DNA of 64,000 nucleotides from an archaeon (GTDB taxonomy: Archaea > Nanobdellota > Nanobdellia > Woesearchaeales > SM23-78), in assembly GCA_043801165.1 (NCBI GenBank), contig JAZDMG010000007.1, forward strand, positions 6,155 through 70,154, given 5' to 3'. The notes under the pieces were generated by a model, which saw nothing but the letters and a program-made list of their open reading frames with translations, made no database searches and was not told the origin of the DNA. Shown here piece after piece: positions 36,701-42,681 of this stretch (the first letter of the stretch is position 1; each line of letters begins with the position of its first letter). The translations under genes and the position numbers were made by a program.

Positions 36701-37149
36701 TATACGTGACAGACCTCGAGGCCAGCCCTAACTTCCTGAGGCTCCAGGCCATGGGAACCAACACAAGCAACACCTCAACCACAGGAGATTTCGCTGACAT
36801 CGACACAAAGCTCGGCACCACCAATTTCACTGACTCGATAAATATCACATACACAAGTAACGGAGCACCAAGGGCGACCAAAGCATTCACTGTGTTCAGC
36901 AAGACAATAAGCGATGTGCCGATAATAAACAGCACCAACAGCAGCACTTTCCAGACAGGGATCCTCTGGGACACCAACGATGGTGGAGTAGAATACAATG
37001 GGACCCAGGACATCATATTCATAACAGAGACAAACCAACAGCAGGAAGGGCTAAACGGAGTATATGACTTCGAGATAAAAGTGCCTGCCTTGCTCAGGAA
37101 CTACAACGCAGGAGGATCAAGCGTAGCATTTTACGCTGAGCTCAAATGA
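18754..37149 (+). CDS. Giant (6131 aa) mosaic extracellular protein / adhesin
   Basis: Uninterrupted 18,396-nt ORF; all antisense ORFs are short. N-terminal hydrophobic segment MLFTAICIMLFLLSSAPLLG. Internally repeated domains, detailed in the findings: MG/Ig-like modules, triple HxH repeat, four Cys-rich super-repeats, two DUF2341-like domains, a LamG-like and a MAM-like jelly roll, a Gly-rich beta-helix-like region, at least 18 tandem ~95-aa Ig-like repeats, and two CARDB-like domains. Extreme N-x-S/T density. Confidence 0.9.
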   Translation: MKRAKASRKAKNKMRAWPERRATVATARPMLFTAICIMLFLLSSAPLLGENPPTEKRLYLSVEKPSFSIGESIMLIITGDSLSDYEMVLSSASTNYKYNGELKNNIAFYPREAGVHRAELISKLTKQPIDSLEFMVGSSAASESQANTSDQDQTSNPSGTASESGESEPSGSPVIVLNKQRYLLGEQVNVSIRIALEEQQDYRLYYEYEGLSQRYMGDFSAISFAPLGIGTHHLVLKSSDNAIIAQSSFEVSEAIASIKNDIKDEKDNASAKIQGDEAFLKRVLNVRDSSGTKETFYVSMIRKAPAESPIEPTTKKTGLSGNGTDLTNSTRNNSIDQNTTAAYDLYDLELTITGKAVSRITLNNLRLSNDSNISMGIDDVPLEKASSAKMRAVKAFAIDPSHLDFTDGSATLIATGRELWKCKDWSFDSQSCAGSWSKVMELTPGQEYSIALSPEDPGYAETGVASINTRKSTYHPGESAEIIIVVLDNQGRLTSDASVELAITLPDNQSNLFSTSAGTLSSEQKGIFTATFDQTGKEGDYIMVVNALGANVNSTMISSFTVSSYYEFDIIRDAPVVIDPWQGPFTSRIRLISFVANSSNQSFDLVEVMPASFNITDSGGGTESIANNTKQLRWYGLTNDSEVSYSVQAPLVTPELYNLGQSMVIYDAIGSNGTNGSSATFTEARPWYLAADPAFVGSFFMLWDNTSNAPSGWTCVSCVAGDPFYSRLIRGDPSYGSTGGQTGHSHTIAYQSETLGDPIIYASSGGTSGGARASGGHTHEGIDATTTGTASNFPSFRQLKVIAYTNGLPSAIPTGAIGIFNTTSLPADWTRYSAEDGYFILGNGTSNVTGGSNNHSHSISITTSTSSGTSTARTGGTQLPVGASGHTHTATGNTNTTENIPLYVDVILAKATTNTAIPYGQGFIGMFNSSVGDGWVNMSQSGQPFYHMMIRANNVSGATGGNNQSTHANTTVTTGAPGTGNTRSGSGRNFSDPSHTHEIGISFNTTSHLPSYINVVFGYANSTPPSVPTINTTQCYSPGFGWINCTTLAFNSNFTSVRTRCTSNNGVLINNVSFIFINQEDNKTFFNVTTTDNSTGYWTYDIDDILIQDSGSMNLSVICRDSMESNQTISWSIPWGTLSSSLINPTSNRNVSQNKFFNFTARIACSGGECGYIKATLDPETMWWNRSWKNRKQVYINTTNLLPARYTVETNMSTTGNGFLSNNNDVRVVYWNGTANIEIDRHILNNNTANATIFFAIQSNISAGTTNNTAYYIYYNNSAASTPPKNLSRILVYAADFESGTESWTVAGQSYTWERASDLLGASVTGCRGSDCDEPARAISGDYAWGTNIGGIYPNDASTWGYVQSTAMDLSAYAAENLTLSYFKAWQLEGASYDYARIRISNSSAFTTATTIETFNPATGCDATCPYYDWSTTKANVSAYDTNLYIRFEMQTDTGWQWTGLYFDFITVRINTSSAPAVGIGAAQSEIKGAVPVGSGTPFYTTNANPMYAVDNDCLGNMMPGSSCNTTWMVNATGNINSTWTFFATYESENYSSYVSQSATSSINITILDMVPPSISNIQCYKIGTGWTACSNILFNSNLTDIRAQCSSGEGANITNVTFTLSNKDDNKTIFDVVTTDNSTGYWYYNLTDTIIQDSGDMNLSVTCTDADGGVGVSKVDWSIPWGTLSAFLINPTTNINVTRNRFFNFTAKINCSDGECGSINASALRNTSIFGSGKDGALTVSAANSIINNYTYLTANASNGTTVISVNSAAELSVGDEILIIQMQNFSGGTAGVYEFATIISISSNNLTLNSSIQNTYRIGTLNTTNATATQVVRVPQYSNLTINTGASVTAPAWNGYRGGIVAFKATGIVNVSGIINTSNLGYKGGLGIAASGGPQYAYQGESFNGLGSAANAANLGGGGGGYNDLGGGGLSGASGGGGGYASVGDAGDTSPEGQSGGSGGITYGNSQLSQLHLGSGGAGGGSDNNGAIDGTDGTRGGGIIFIKANSLIVSGAIESDGQESTGASNQWAGSGGAGSGGSVYLSSNSMSIGSSLVSSTGGIGGCGDTGRCGGDGGNGRIRLDFIGISGSPASSAAYNGTLNETIFLLISTASGDTPLFTNAANPMYATNNSCLGNMIAGRSCNTTWSINATGETYSSWMIFASYSSLNLSWLKVNTSRVNITIIPNLAPSVTSVVIVPDRPRFDQDLNCTFTVSDPNLEDSLSANVSWFRDGALVSSALVSVTQNVSKVETLGYGNLTAGEVWWCGITPSDGLLSGNQVNSSNVTILASMPPDVSNIECQRNRAIWVSCPSMAFNQNITAVRAICSDTDGYVVNATFSLSNIEDSKTFFTDTTTDNSSGYFTLDNPDITITDSGIFNLSVSCMDNNDTEGYGNSTWLVPWGTLIASLVDPSADANVTRNRFFNFTAMINCSGGECGYINATLDPTNWWNSSWGYRITIALSEMANRNLSLYQFKVNISTQALIGAGKMNADCSDIRFISNTSKQLDYWIESGCNTTGTIIWVVNNLSAKANTTMNMYYGNPDAGAQSNATKTMFLYEDMSSAPGGSLTGNATYIDATWGVRLTVAANDLLGYLYYIKNPGVGFYGYYETWAGGGSGADATWIGVHDNSASSAREDVVDGGYHFTVDEYGTNGNNGRIAFTKSTVDNGAPIASWTNNNLDDSAWHTLEVYFYNNGTTANAELYYDGVLRVNGTDSSPQSTSGNYMSFAGRTGGETNQHYIRKIIIRKYVDPEPTVTLGDEVQQTKGIIPMGNGTPFYTITANPMYAANNSCLGNMNMASENSCNTTWEVNATGNTGIPWEFFVTYSSLNYSSYVTINITRRINITIVNNTAPRVSAILLTPEYPLPTEDLNCTFTVSDSNLGDSLSANITWYLNNTAYSSVNLSVGNGVSQSVILGFGNISLGQIWHCGATPSDGEVFGAQVNSSNVTVVLSKPPVINQVQCYINGSTWTNCSKLSFKSNLSGVRVNCTTSYMPIWNVTINFTNTPDSTLFFTNTTNISSGGWWTVYRNVTINDSGEFVVGVTCTNNESAKDTEAVNWTVPWGKITLTLINPNSDGYVEYERFFNFTAQVNCILGECGDINAMLDPETEETKQHIASFLPTKYEIRKSVAAFPEQSPGTETPSMETKTMASAAYAAYATYDASAGAKTGNGGNRAYPDGMVTINSMRPSYDIGEAAELVGTVLDSRGNFVPSADLRMIITSPSSQRSIFTSSDLKELAPGLYELTYDLSRESGIEPGIYSVEFISAGEIKDSMGTAFEVKNIKDCSGFEITRDAPFAVNPWAGADGPFDISITAARRDSALPERFTLTETVPLALDIIDSGGADHWISEQEQKQYLIWSGLGDNSRVSYRVSAPKISPERYGLRAAISAGGKTFKEPRSWFIAVDPASYYSASNDTVEYYISAGTYTGADGGSYANTAAKDCSGGTCTQSNAWVTGFINMNTIDVTCRLNTSLMFNISNIKSEYINNITVSWGGCWHGDQVLTNDRCDNLTRPEFSSGTGGGTFDMWMQHNTTFESMSCIDTAGGECGSADEISLGTATTSPAWGNAHGYNTFTFRKADLDSSYVNNSIITLLWRTWGAGVCANAANDEVLFALDYANLTVNWNYLIKNGSMVSIVEGSDPFYTVDANPMNKTNNSCLSAMRVGGGGCNVTWRVNATGGINTTHIFYVIANTSVYPTTVMPNESIHIMLTIRDTSKLPPTVTLNSPENNFATTNTTVIFNCSATDNSGLTNMTLYINVSGSFEENGTNDIGGVSNSTLFNRTYFEGRFLWNCKAMDIDSNERFATTNRTLIIDHTSPYIVLSSPQDSDNFSSSNVTFRFTVFDNVAMTLNCNITIDDSVRDLNFTVYAESPNARNIFNISQGDHFWNVSCADNAGNWNISETRNFTLLNTPPTVVLQTMDGYTTNSGDVELFYLPSDNSNIVLADLYINGSWYRNETVVDNGITNSFSLFGFSEGRYNWTVNVTDDGGFTAQAPAKWFIIDKTGPSINLAYPDDNYSTNSSSAVINFTVIDNYDQTLICIIIVNGTNATSYFSAGNNTPISKTVYGLKDGLNYWNVSCTDDATNTNVSETRRINVSAPPTVVLNTPADNYSQASGNISLNYTPADNVGLLNCTLILNGQRNQTNSTINNTVQNRFFLTSLPSSDYNWSINCTDTAGLVGYSTTRIFRIDSTAPTITLNRPQNNDTVYGGFAIFNWTAYDNLDPVLMCNLTLDGALNKTNIPSPNGQSVNVTVLIPNETSHLWNVTCADDSGNRNTSEMWNFSSVNAPTVTLIFPKANEILNFSQNINFTYIPGSSNSLSIARLFLNGNLNQTTPNPNRSVENYFFLNLSDGIYNWSVSITDNMSLNGSSETRFFRVDSTPPIVTVITPYQGQTVNDNDVTFSFNVTDNLGGYVNCTIYFGGEPEWSNISTSSGSTITRYKTLFDGSYNWSVNCTDVANNTNAYQLINFTVDAPPNVTINFPPPNYRTRDTNISFNYTPLDPIGFNNCSLYINGSWIQNSSNVARNVPNFLNTTGLNEGAYIWNIECFDQEPDFNNYTTPPRNFTIDLTGPNMSLLYPGAGDYLNSNTVQFNWTATDYAGVSLNCSLFINETFNRSLAQQSGSYFTPTVNNMSDGSYDWYVNCSDDLNNSALSETRVFTINKADLYINDSRITFNNTNPDVNQTINITANVSNIGGMPAYNVVVSFWDGDPGSGGTWIGNSTATVNYASSARFSVLWNISGAMHTIYAIADPGSLIAELDESNNNATTTISPLYSTITYPAQNMTFNSNNVTVNFTVYDYNGSTLSYTLFANGTTVGSGSTTDGEPQSVPVTINDGTWIIKVGVTDALGRKKNSTGVTIYVDGTPPSISYFTPPTPINNWVQSNTTVTINVSHYDVHPNQIILYWQGAANETRTYTGSFSNFTLSGLTDGIYNYYVWLNDTYGLSNQTATQIVRIDLSNPVINLEAPAPGATVNSSVVEFDFNVTDSSQYVNCSLYINGTLNKSRSNLLTNTQQFIVQQFNEGTYTWSINCTDQLGRSNISDTISFTVPTFNPNWTNRWYEQYNTNVLNTTAMINLMPSRDGGENRVNISIPADSLYTMAIAYSPYIAGYGATVPNGTNVSFSGLFSVVDVNDIIAGYVTWKVYLSNESGDFLIAQVGNDDNTNTGGNKLDAKDTRILLGVSMITNRSWLFTPTDRVKLVVNMYSDDRVVERYIHYWDNRVESWVDFSNFSVIGAMSLNMTEPSTDITVAPDETFNQTCLVNCTYGTCINVYVYAQNNATLPNETGWSNMTNSSGNIRLAAGQSNGVFLSNITGLSYVNFTLNGSVASIDNVRCYAKSDYNDAYSMSRQVSVADLIPPNVTLTSPRNSTYWNAVNMTFYFNTTENVQLRNCTLLIDGNEVTTKNTSGLVRIGSNNLTAIGLAEGLYNWSVICSDISGSQGNSSVWWIGIDRTAPEITLNYPAPGDNFPNTTVILNFTATDSLDQSLTCNLTLDGSINRSNFEAQNGTWTNVTVSGLTEGAHSWNVTCWDNASNTNTSETRSFSTFISPRLTLVSPLNNSISNNATQMFLFNVSDDTGLTNCSLLLNGVANTTKTTADLTNNATNNFTATGMNGTYLWAVTCFDNTTLTMSNTTAPWNLTIDLEPPMPIITTPSLSWFNTSSPTIQFNITDNVAYSINYTFFVNGTVNTNGSMNNNTPSSAILTGLVPDGEYAIMLQAVDRAGNIANSTTITIYVDTAKPGINLSSPENGLEIDSTSVRFNFTATDNMASYMMCNLTVSNGIREDNINASSGALQSIFKSGFLSGTYFWNVSCIDLARNRNTSVTWNFTINSPDLIINSGNISFNESTTEEGKNITIFANVYNQGGTPAYNVTVQFWRGDPDAGGTQINGNRSVSIINANDNITLNITYLTIIGNNNIFVVVDPPTATNGSIVEEDESNNKANNSLRVSLYHVFAGNTTGMIRIEKQSINNSLYIWNVSNYTGSNIYVTDLEASPNFLRLQAMGTNTSNTSTTGDFADIDTKLGTTNFTDSINITYTSNGAPRATKAFTVFSKTISDVPIINSTNSSTFQTGILWDTNDGGVEYNGTQDIIFITETNQQQEGLNGVYDFEIKVPALLRNYNAGGSSVAFYAELK

Positions 37150-37197
37150 TCAGATGAATGACAGATAAGAAGATAAAAGAGGATAAAAGAAAATAAT

Positions 37198-40100
37198 ATG
37201 AACAAAAAAAAGAGGTGTTGTCTGAGAATCATAATGTTGATAGCCTTAGCTCTCAGCATGCTCCTCATCAGCGCCAACAAAGCAAAAGCAGAGGCTGGCG
37301 GATGCGACACAGAGAACTACTTCTGCGCCTGCGGAGACAGATGCCACGGGCCATATGAATCAAGCACAGGGTTCAACATACTGAACACCACTGTATGCCA
37401 AGACGGACCAGACCAGTCAGAGTACGAGTATGTCCAGGAGATCACTGCCACAGACCTCAACGGAACCAATTTCAAGGGAGGGGATGTTATCAGAGTGTAC
37501 GCACAGTTCTATTGCTATGCAGGGGATTACATCTCCATAGCCTACTCAAACACATCAATAGTCTCAGGCAGCAGCTGGAGAAATATCTACTCATCAACAT
37601 GCCCTGGCTACAACTTCATAGACGTCTACTATAACCTGACCCTTGACAGGAAAGAAGGATACCATGCATTGAGGGCGATAATCGCCTATCCTGGAGAGCC
37701 AAGCATGACCTGCGGCTATCCATCGCACACATCATCAGACACAGATGACCTATATTTCAAGGTGAACGCAAGGCCTGACATAGATGCTCCTGCCATAACA
37801 GGCATCTATCCATCGGCAGGGGCCAACTTCGAATACACCGAAGGGCTATCAATCCCGCTCGTGGTCAATGCCACTGATGAAACTGGGATAGACAACATAT
37901 CAATAAACATGACCTGGGCTAGCGGCAGCATGTCATTCACGCTCACGAACTCTTCAGCGACAAGGTTCAACACGACACTATACAACCTGACCAATGCTAG
38001 CAGGTACAACGTGACAATAATAAGCAGGGACGACCTTAACAACACAGGCACAAACACAACATACTTCTTCATCACCAACAACGCGTTCCTGAACATAACA
38101 TCACCAGCTTTCGGGCTCACATATAGCTACCACGAGGTACCGCTGAGGTTCAAGATAAACGACAATAACACCCCTTACCAAGAGGTGTACTACAACCTCA
38201 ACTCAGCAGGCAACAGCTACCTCAACGAGACCACCAGGATATCGAACGATGAGTCTGTAGGAGAGGCAGAGACCAACATGCTGGCCAATATCTCACAGCT
38301 GTTCGTGCCGCAAGAGGACATGACAGTCAACAACATAAGCATCAGGATCGGGAGAGAAAGCTCCAACTCATTCCTGAACTATATCCAAATCAGAAATGGC
38401 ACCAACCAGAGCGACGGAACAGTGCTGCTAGAATACCTGCTGAACTCCTCGACAGTCCCTGACTCAGGCGCCGACTGGATCAGCATCAACTTCAGCAGCA
38501 GCGCGATACTGCTCAACGGCACAAAGTACTTCATATTATTGACAGGCTCAGCAGATGCGAATGACTATTACTCATGGGAGTTCAACTGGGACGCATATCC
38601 TCATGGAAACTTCACAGGCAACAGCACAGAGGACCTTCTTTTCATGGTGCATGACAGGTTCAAGTACAATACCACCATGACCGCGGCTGAAGGGACAAAT
38701 TCCCTGAGCGTCTGCGAGAAGAACAAGATCAATCTCACCGACTGCACAATGACTGTCTTCGAGACAGACACAATCCCTCCTAGCTACACCCAGCCTGAGG
38801 AGACAGCAGACCCGTTCGAATTCGGCGACTCAAGCTATCAGTTCATCTACATAAACGTCAGCGATGAGACCAGCACCATCAGCAGGGCCGTCATAAACAT
38901 CAGCGGAAACCTGACCCAGATGAACTATTCAGGAGTCGGGGGGCGCTACCAGTACCGATGGTATATCAACAGCAGCAACCTCAGCATGATAAGGAGCTTC
39001 AACTACAGCATATTCGTCAACGACAGCGTAGGCAACTACAACATCACTCCAGGATATTCATTCTCTGTCGTCGATTCGCTGCCGCCAAATGTCTCAGCGA
39101 CTAACTACAGCCCAAATTATGAGAGCCTTCTCGACCCGAACGTGACTATCATGATCAATGCGACGGTGACAGACTACACAAGAGTGCAGAACGTCACCCT
39201 GTTATACGGGTTCATCAATACCACTTCGGGGATTATAGAATGGAGCAGCGCCGTGATGCTTAACAACACAGGGGTCAGCTCAAGGTACGTGGCCAACTTC
39301 ACCCCGACCATAGAAGGGAACTGGTCGTTCATGATATCATCTAGGGACATCTACAACAACAGCATGAACACGACCCAGACCAACATAAGCATAGCATACG
39401 ACACGAGCTGGTTCGCGGACCCTGATGAGTTCGAAGAGAAATTCTCGACGGCAGCAAACCATGTCGAGATTGGGAACATAACCATCAACAACACAGGGGA
39501 CTACGAGCTGAGCTTCTTCCTATCAAAGCTCTCTGGGCTGCTGACCATCTTCATCAATGAGACCAACATATCGGTGCCTGGAGGGCAGGCCAAGATAGTG
39601 AACGTCTCAGCCTTGGCGCCTGCAGACCAGAACCAATACCCGTTCACGCTCCTGGTGAGCTGTGTCAACATATCATCAACACCCAACGACACTGTCGATG
39701 GCATAGTGACCGTAGGCCAGGGCGGGCCATACATCACCCTCACAGAGATATTATACCCGACGACAGCTGTGCAGGGCCAGAGGAAGCTGACACTCAACAC
39801 CACTGTGAAGAACATAGGGAATGACACTGCATATAACATAACAGTGAACTGGACCCTGCCCCCTGGCTGGACAACAACATACAACCTAAGCAAGTCAATA
39901 GCCAGCCTCCTACCTTACCAGAGCTCAAGCGCGCTGGAGAGCCACGGGATACAGACATCTGTGGGGCTGAACGCCACCATAGGGATGCAGAACTTCACGC
40001 TAACAGTTGACTTTGTCATGGAGCCGAACAGGACAAGGCCTGCTCCGATAATCAAGACTGTCGAGGTGACTGAGCTTGAGACAGGGACGACCAACGAGAC

Positions 40101-41478
40101 AGTCATAATAACTCCTCCCTCAAGTGGAGGCGGGGGCGGAGGAGGAGGCAGGACCAGCGGCTCAGGCGGAGGAATGATACCTCGGACGCTCAACTACAAC
40201 CTAACCATCTGGCACCTTCCAAGGACAGGAATCATGAGAGGACAACACGACACTGTGCAGATAAACATCACCAACAATAACGACGTGACATTCTATAACA
40301 TCAAGATGAGCATAGACGGGTTCCCTTCCTCACGCTATAAAATAATTCCCGACAGGATATCTGAGCTTGGACGCAACCAGACAGCACAGCTCAATGTCAC
40401 ATTTGAGATACCATTGTACATGGGATATTCTGTGAACAGCCTGATGTTAATCTTCGACGGAGAATCAAGGGCAAAACCAAACTCATCAGCCAATGCATAT
40501 CACCAAGAAAGCGCTTTCACGCTGATAATATCTGAGACAGACCAATCAGGCTCATTGGCCTGCCTGACTGAGTCTGAGAGCCTCATCGCCGAGATGGAGC
40601 GCATGAACTTCACCGTGACAAAGGTGCGAGAGCTGCTGGCAAAGGCAAGGGATGCATTCGACAGCATAGACTACACCCAAGTGAAGATTCTCTGCGACGA
40701 GATCAAGAGCAGCAAAGAAGCTGCCTTCTCACTTGACAAGAAGATAAAAGAGCTTGAGAAAGAGATCAAGGATGCGGCTTCTCAGGGATACGACATGAAA
40801 GGGACAGCCAGGCTCCTCGGCCTTGCCAAGGAAGTGTTCCAGAATGGAGAGTATGATCAGGTGAGCCCAAGGCTCGACAAGGCCCAGGAATCACTGGCGC
40901 TCCAGGTGCAGACAGAGGATGCCAAGCTAGGCAAGCGGCTCTTCAAGCTGGTGAAGAACTACTGGTGGGCTCTGCTCATGGCCGCCATCGCAGGCACCAT
41001 CATCGCAGGAGCGGCCTACAGGAAAGCCTCCATAATCAAGATAAAGAACACAATCGATAGGCTCGAAAAAGAAGATGTCGCCATCACAGAGCTGATCAAG
41101 CAGCTCCAGCAGGAGCACTTCGTCGACAAGAAGACAAGCACTCACATGTATAACAACAGGCTTGAGGACTACCAGCGACGTCTGGCTGAAATCGCGAAAG
41201 AGAAGATAGACCTAAAGCACATCCAGGTGAGATTCTTCAAGGTATCGATGAGCAGAGAAGGGCTTGAGGTGCAGAAGGAAGAGATGGCATCGCTGATAAA
41301 GGCATTGCAGCAGGATTATTTCGTGAACAGCACCATAGACAAGAACAACTATGACAAGACCTTCGCGATCTACAAGAAGCAACTGGCAGAGATTAACAAA
41401 AGGCTCATACTCCAGGAGCATGAAGAGAAAGAGAAGAACAAGGAGAGACTGAAGAATATAGAAAGGATGAATAAATGA
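37198..41478 (+). CDS. Bitopic surface protein (1426 aa), paralogue of 59696-63586
   Basis: Signal/anchor helix, Cys-rich N-domain, and CARDB/NEW3-like domain (TVKNIGNDTAYNITVNWTLPPGW). Poly-Gly linker at nt ~40126-40150, helical stalk, and TM helix at ~40960-41020. Cytoplasmic coiled coil carries two LQxxYF motifs (~41091-41130 and ~41293-41330). Confidence 0.85.
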   Translation: MNKKKRCCLRIIMLIALALSMLLISANKAKAEAGGCDTENYFCACGDRCHGPYESSTGFNILNTTVCQDGPDQSEYEYVQEITATDLNGTNFKGGDVIRVYAQFYCYAGDYISIAYSNTSIVSGSSWRNIYSSTCPGYNFIDVYYNLTLDRKEGYHALRAIIAYPGEPSMTCGYPSHTSSDTDDLYFKVNARPDIDAPAITGIYPSAGANFEYTEGLSIPLVVNATDETGIDNISINMTWASGSMSFTLTNSSATRFNTTLYNLTNASRYNVTIISRDDLNNTGTNTTYFFITNNAFLNITSPAFGLTYSYHEVPLRFKINDNNTPYQEVYYNLNSAGNSYLNETTRISNDESVGEAETNMLANISQLFVPQEDMTVNNISIRIGRESSNSFLNYIQIRNGTNQSDGTVLLEYLLNSSTVPDSGADWISINFSSSAILLNGTKYFILLTGSADANDYYSWEFNWDAYPHGNFTGNSTEDLLFMVHDRFKYNTTMTAAEGTNSLSVCEKNKINLTDCTMTVFETDTIPPSYTQPEETADPFEFGDSSYQFIYINVSDETSTISRAVINISGNLTQMNYSGVGGRYQYRWYINSSNLSMIRSFNYSIFVNDSVGNYNITPGYSFSVVDSLPPNVSATNYSPNYESLLDPNVTIMINATVTDYTRVQNVTLLYGFINTTSGIIEWSSAVMLNNTGVSSRYVANFTPTIEGNWSFMISSRDIYNNSMNTTQTNISIAYDTSWFADPDEFEEKFSTAANHVEIGNITINNTGDYELSFFLSKLSGLLTIFINETNISVPGGQAKIVNVSALAPADQNQYPFTLLVSCVNISSTPNDTVDGIVTVGQGGPYITLTEILYPTTAVQGQRKLTLNTTVKNIGNDTAYNITVNWTLPPGWTTTYNLSKSIASLLPYQSSSALESHGIQTSVGLNATIGMQNFTLTVDFVMEPNRTRPAPIIKTVEVTELETGTTNETVIITPPSSGGGGGGGGRTSGSGGGMIPRTLNYNLTIWHLPRTGIMRGQHDTVQINITNNNDVTFYNIKMSIDGFPSSRYKIIPDRISELGRNQTAQLNVTFEIPLYMGYSVNSLMLIFDGESRAKPNSSANAYHQESAFTLIISETDQSGSLACLTESESLIAEMERMNFTVTKVRELLAKARDAFDSIDYTQVKILCDEIKSSKEAAFSLDKKIKELEKEIKDAASQGYDMKGTARLLGLAKEVFQNGEYDQVSPRLDKAQESLALQVQTEDAKLGKRLFKLVKNYWWALLMAAIAGTIIAGAAYRKASIIKIKNTIDRLEKEDVAITELIKQLQQEHFVDKKTSTHMYNNRLEDYQRRLAEIAKEKIDLKHIQVRFFKVSMSREGLEVQKEEMASLIKALQQDYFVNSTIDKNNYDKTFAIYKKQLAEINKRLILQEHEEKEKNKERLKNIERMNK

Positions 41479-41546
41479 TAATAGAAGCCTTACAGGCAGC
41501 AGTAAAGGGCAACAGACAGAGACTGTGATCAAAGTCAGCAGTTAGT

Positions 41547-41554
41547 TTTATAAA
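41547..41554 (+). promoter_or_regulatory. TATA box (TTTATAAA) upstream of the che operon
   Basis: Exact TTTATAAA ~40 nt upstream of the cheB TTG start, with a GGTGA SD in between. Confidence 0.4.
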
Positions 41555-41589
41555 TTTAGAGTGTTTAAGGGATGGACAAGGGTGAATGA

Positions 41590-42609
41590 TTGATAAATGT
41601 ACTGGTTGTGGATGATTCTGCACTGATGAGAAAGATAATCTCAGATATGCTCAGCTCTGACAGCGAGATAAAGGTGATAGGCACTGCCGGAGATGGAAGG
41701 ATTGCCCTGGAAAAGATAAAATCCTTGACACCTGACGTCATAGTGATGGATGTCGAGATGCCGGAGATGGACGGCATCACTGCCCTGAAGAAGATAATGG
41801 AGGTCAAGCCGATCCCGGTGATAATCCTCAGCGCCCTGACAAAGGAAGGCTCTGACAAGACCATCGAAGCCCTAGAGGCCGGCGCGATAGACTTCATAAC
41901 CAAGCCATCAGGGATCATATCAATGGACCTCATCAGCGTGAAACAGGCGTTGATAGAGAAGGTAAAAGTCGCTTCAAAGGCTAGTGTCAAGAGAGTCGTA
42001 CGCACAGAGACCAAAAAATATCGCTTCAATCCTACAAGAAAGAAGATCATAGTCATAGCAAGCTCAACAGGAGGCCCCCAGACGCTGGAGTACCTGCTGA
42101 AAGAGATACCACGCAACATCCCTGCGCCGATATTGGTGGTGCAGCATATGCCCCCAGGCTTCACCAAGAGCTTCGCAGAAAGGCTCAGCAGGATTTGCGA
42201 GATAACCGTAAGAGAGGCTGTGGACGGCGACAGACTAGAGGACGGAGTGGCCCTTATAGCGCCAGGAGGGCTGCACATGATAGTTGAGGAGAAAGGCAAC
42301 GACGTCATGGTGCGAGTAATCAAAGAGCCTCCTGAGCTGGGAGTGGCTCCATGCGCCAACAAGCTCTTCCGATCAATAGCCCCAATATTCAGAGAGAACA
42401 CCATCGCAGTGGTGCTCACAGGCATGGGAAGCGATGGCACTGACGGCGCAAGGATGATAAAGAACGTCAGCGGCACAGTGATCGCAGAGGCTGAGGAATC
42501 ATGCATAGTCTTTGGGATGCCAAAAGAGGTAATAAACGCAGGGCTGGCAGATGAAATAGTCACACTAGATAAGATGGCTGTCGCACTGATACAGATCGTT
42601 GATATTTGA
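41590..42609 (+). CDS. cheB: Chemotaxis response regulator protein-glutamate methylesterase
   Basis: Receiver domain (VLVVDDS...VIVMDVEMPEMDG) plus methylesterase motifs (GGPQTL, VVQHMPPGFTKSFAERL, GMGSDGTDG, IVFGMPKE). TTG start. Confidence 0.9.
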   Translation: MINVLVVDDSALMRKIISDMLSSDSEIKVIGTAGDGRIALEKIKSLTPDVIVMDVEMPEMDGITALKKIMEVKPIPVIILSALTKEGSDKTIEALEAGAIDFITKPSGIISMDLISVKQALIEKVKVASKASVKRVVRTETKKYRFNPTRKKIIVIASSTGGPQTLEYLLKEIPRNIPAPILVVQHMPPGFTKSFAERLSRICEITVREAVDGDRLEDGVALIAPGGLHMIVEEKGNDVMVRVIKEPPELGVAPCANKLFRSIAPIFRENTIAVVLTGMGSDGTDGARMIKNVSGTVIAEAEESCIVFGMPKEVINAGLADEIVTLDKMAVALIQIVDI

Positions 42610-42681
42610 CAATTTGATCCAGCCAAACATTCAATAATCAAATTATCCAATCCATACCAGAAAAAAAGAGGTTGTACTTTC

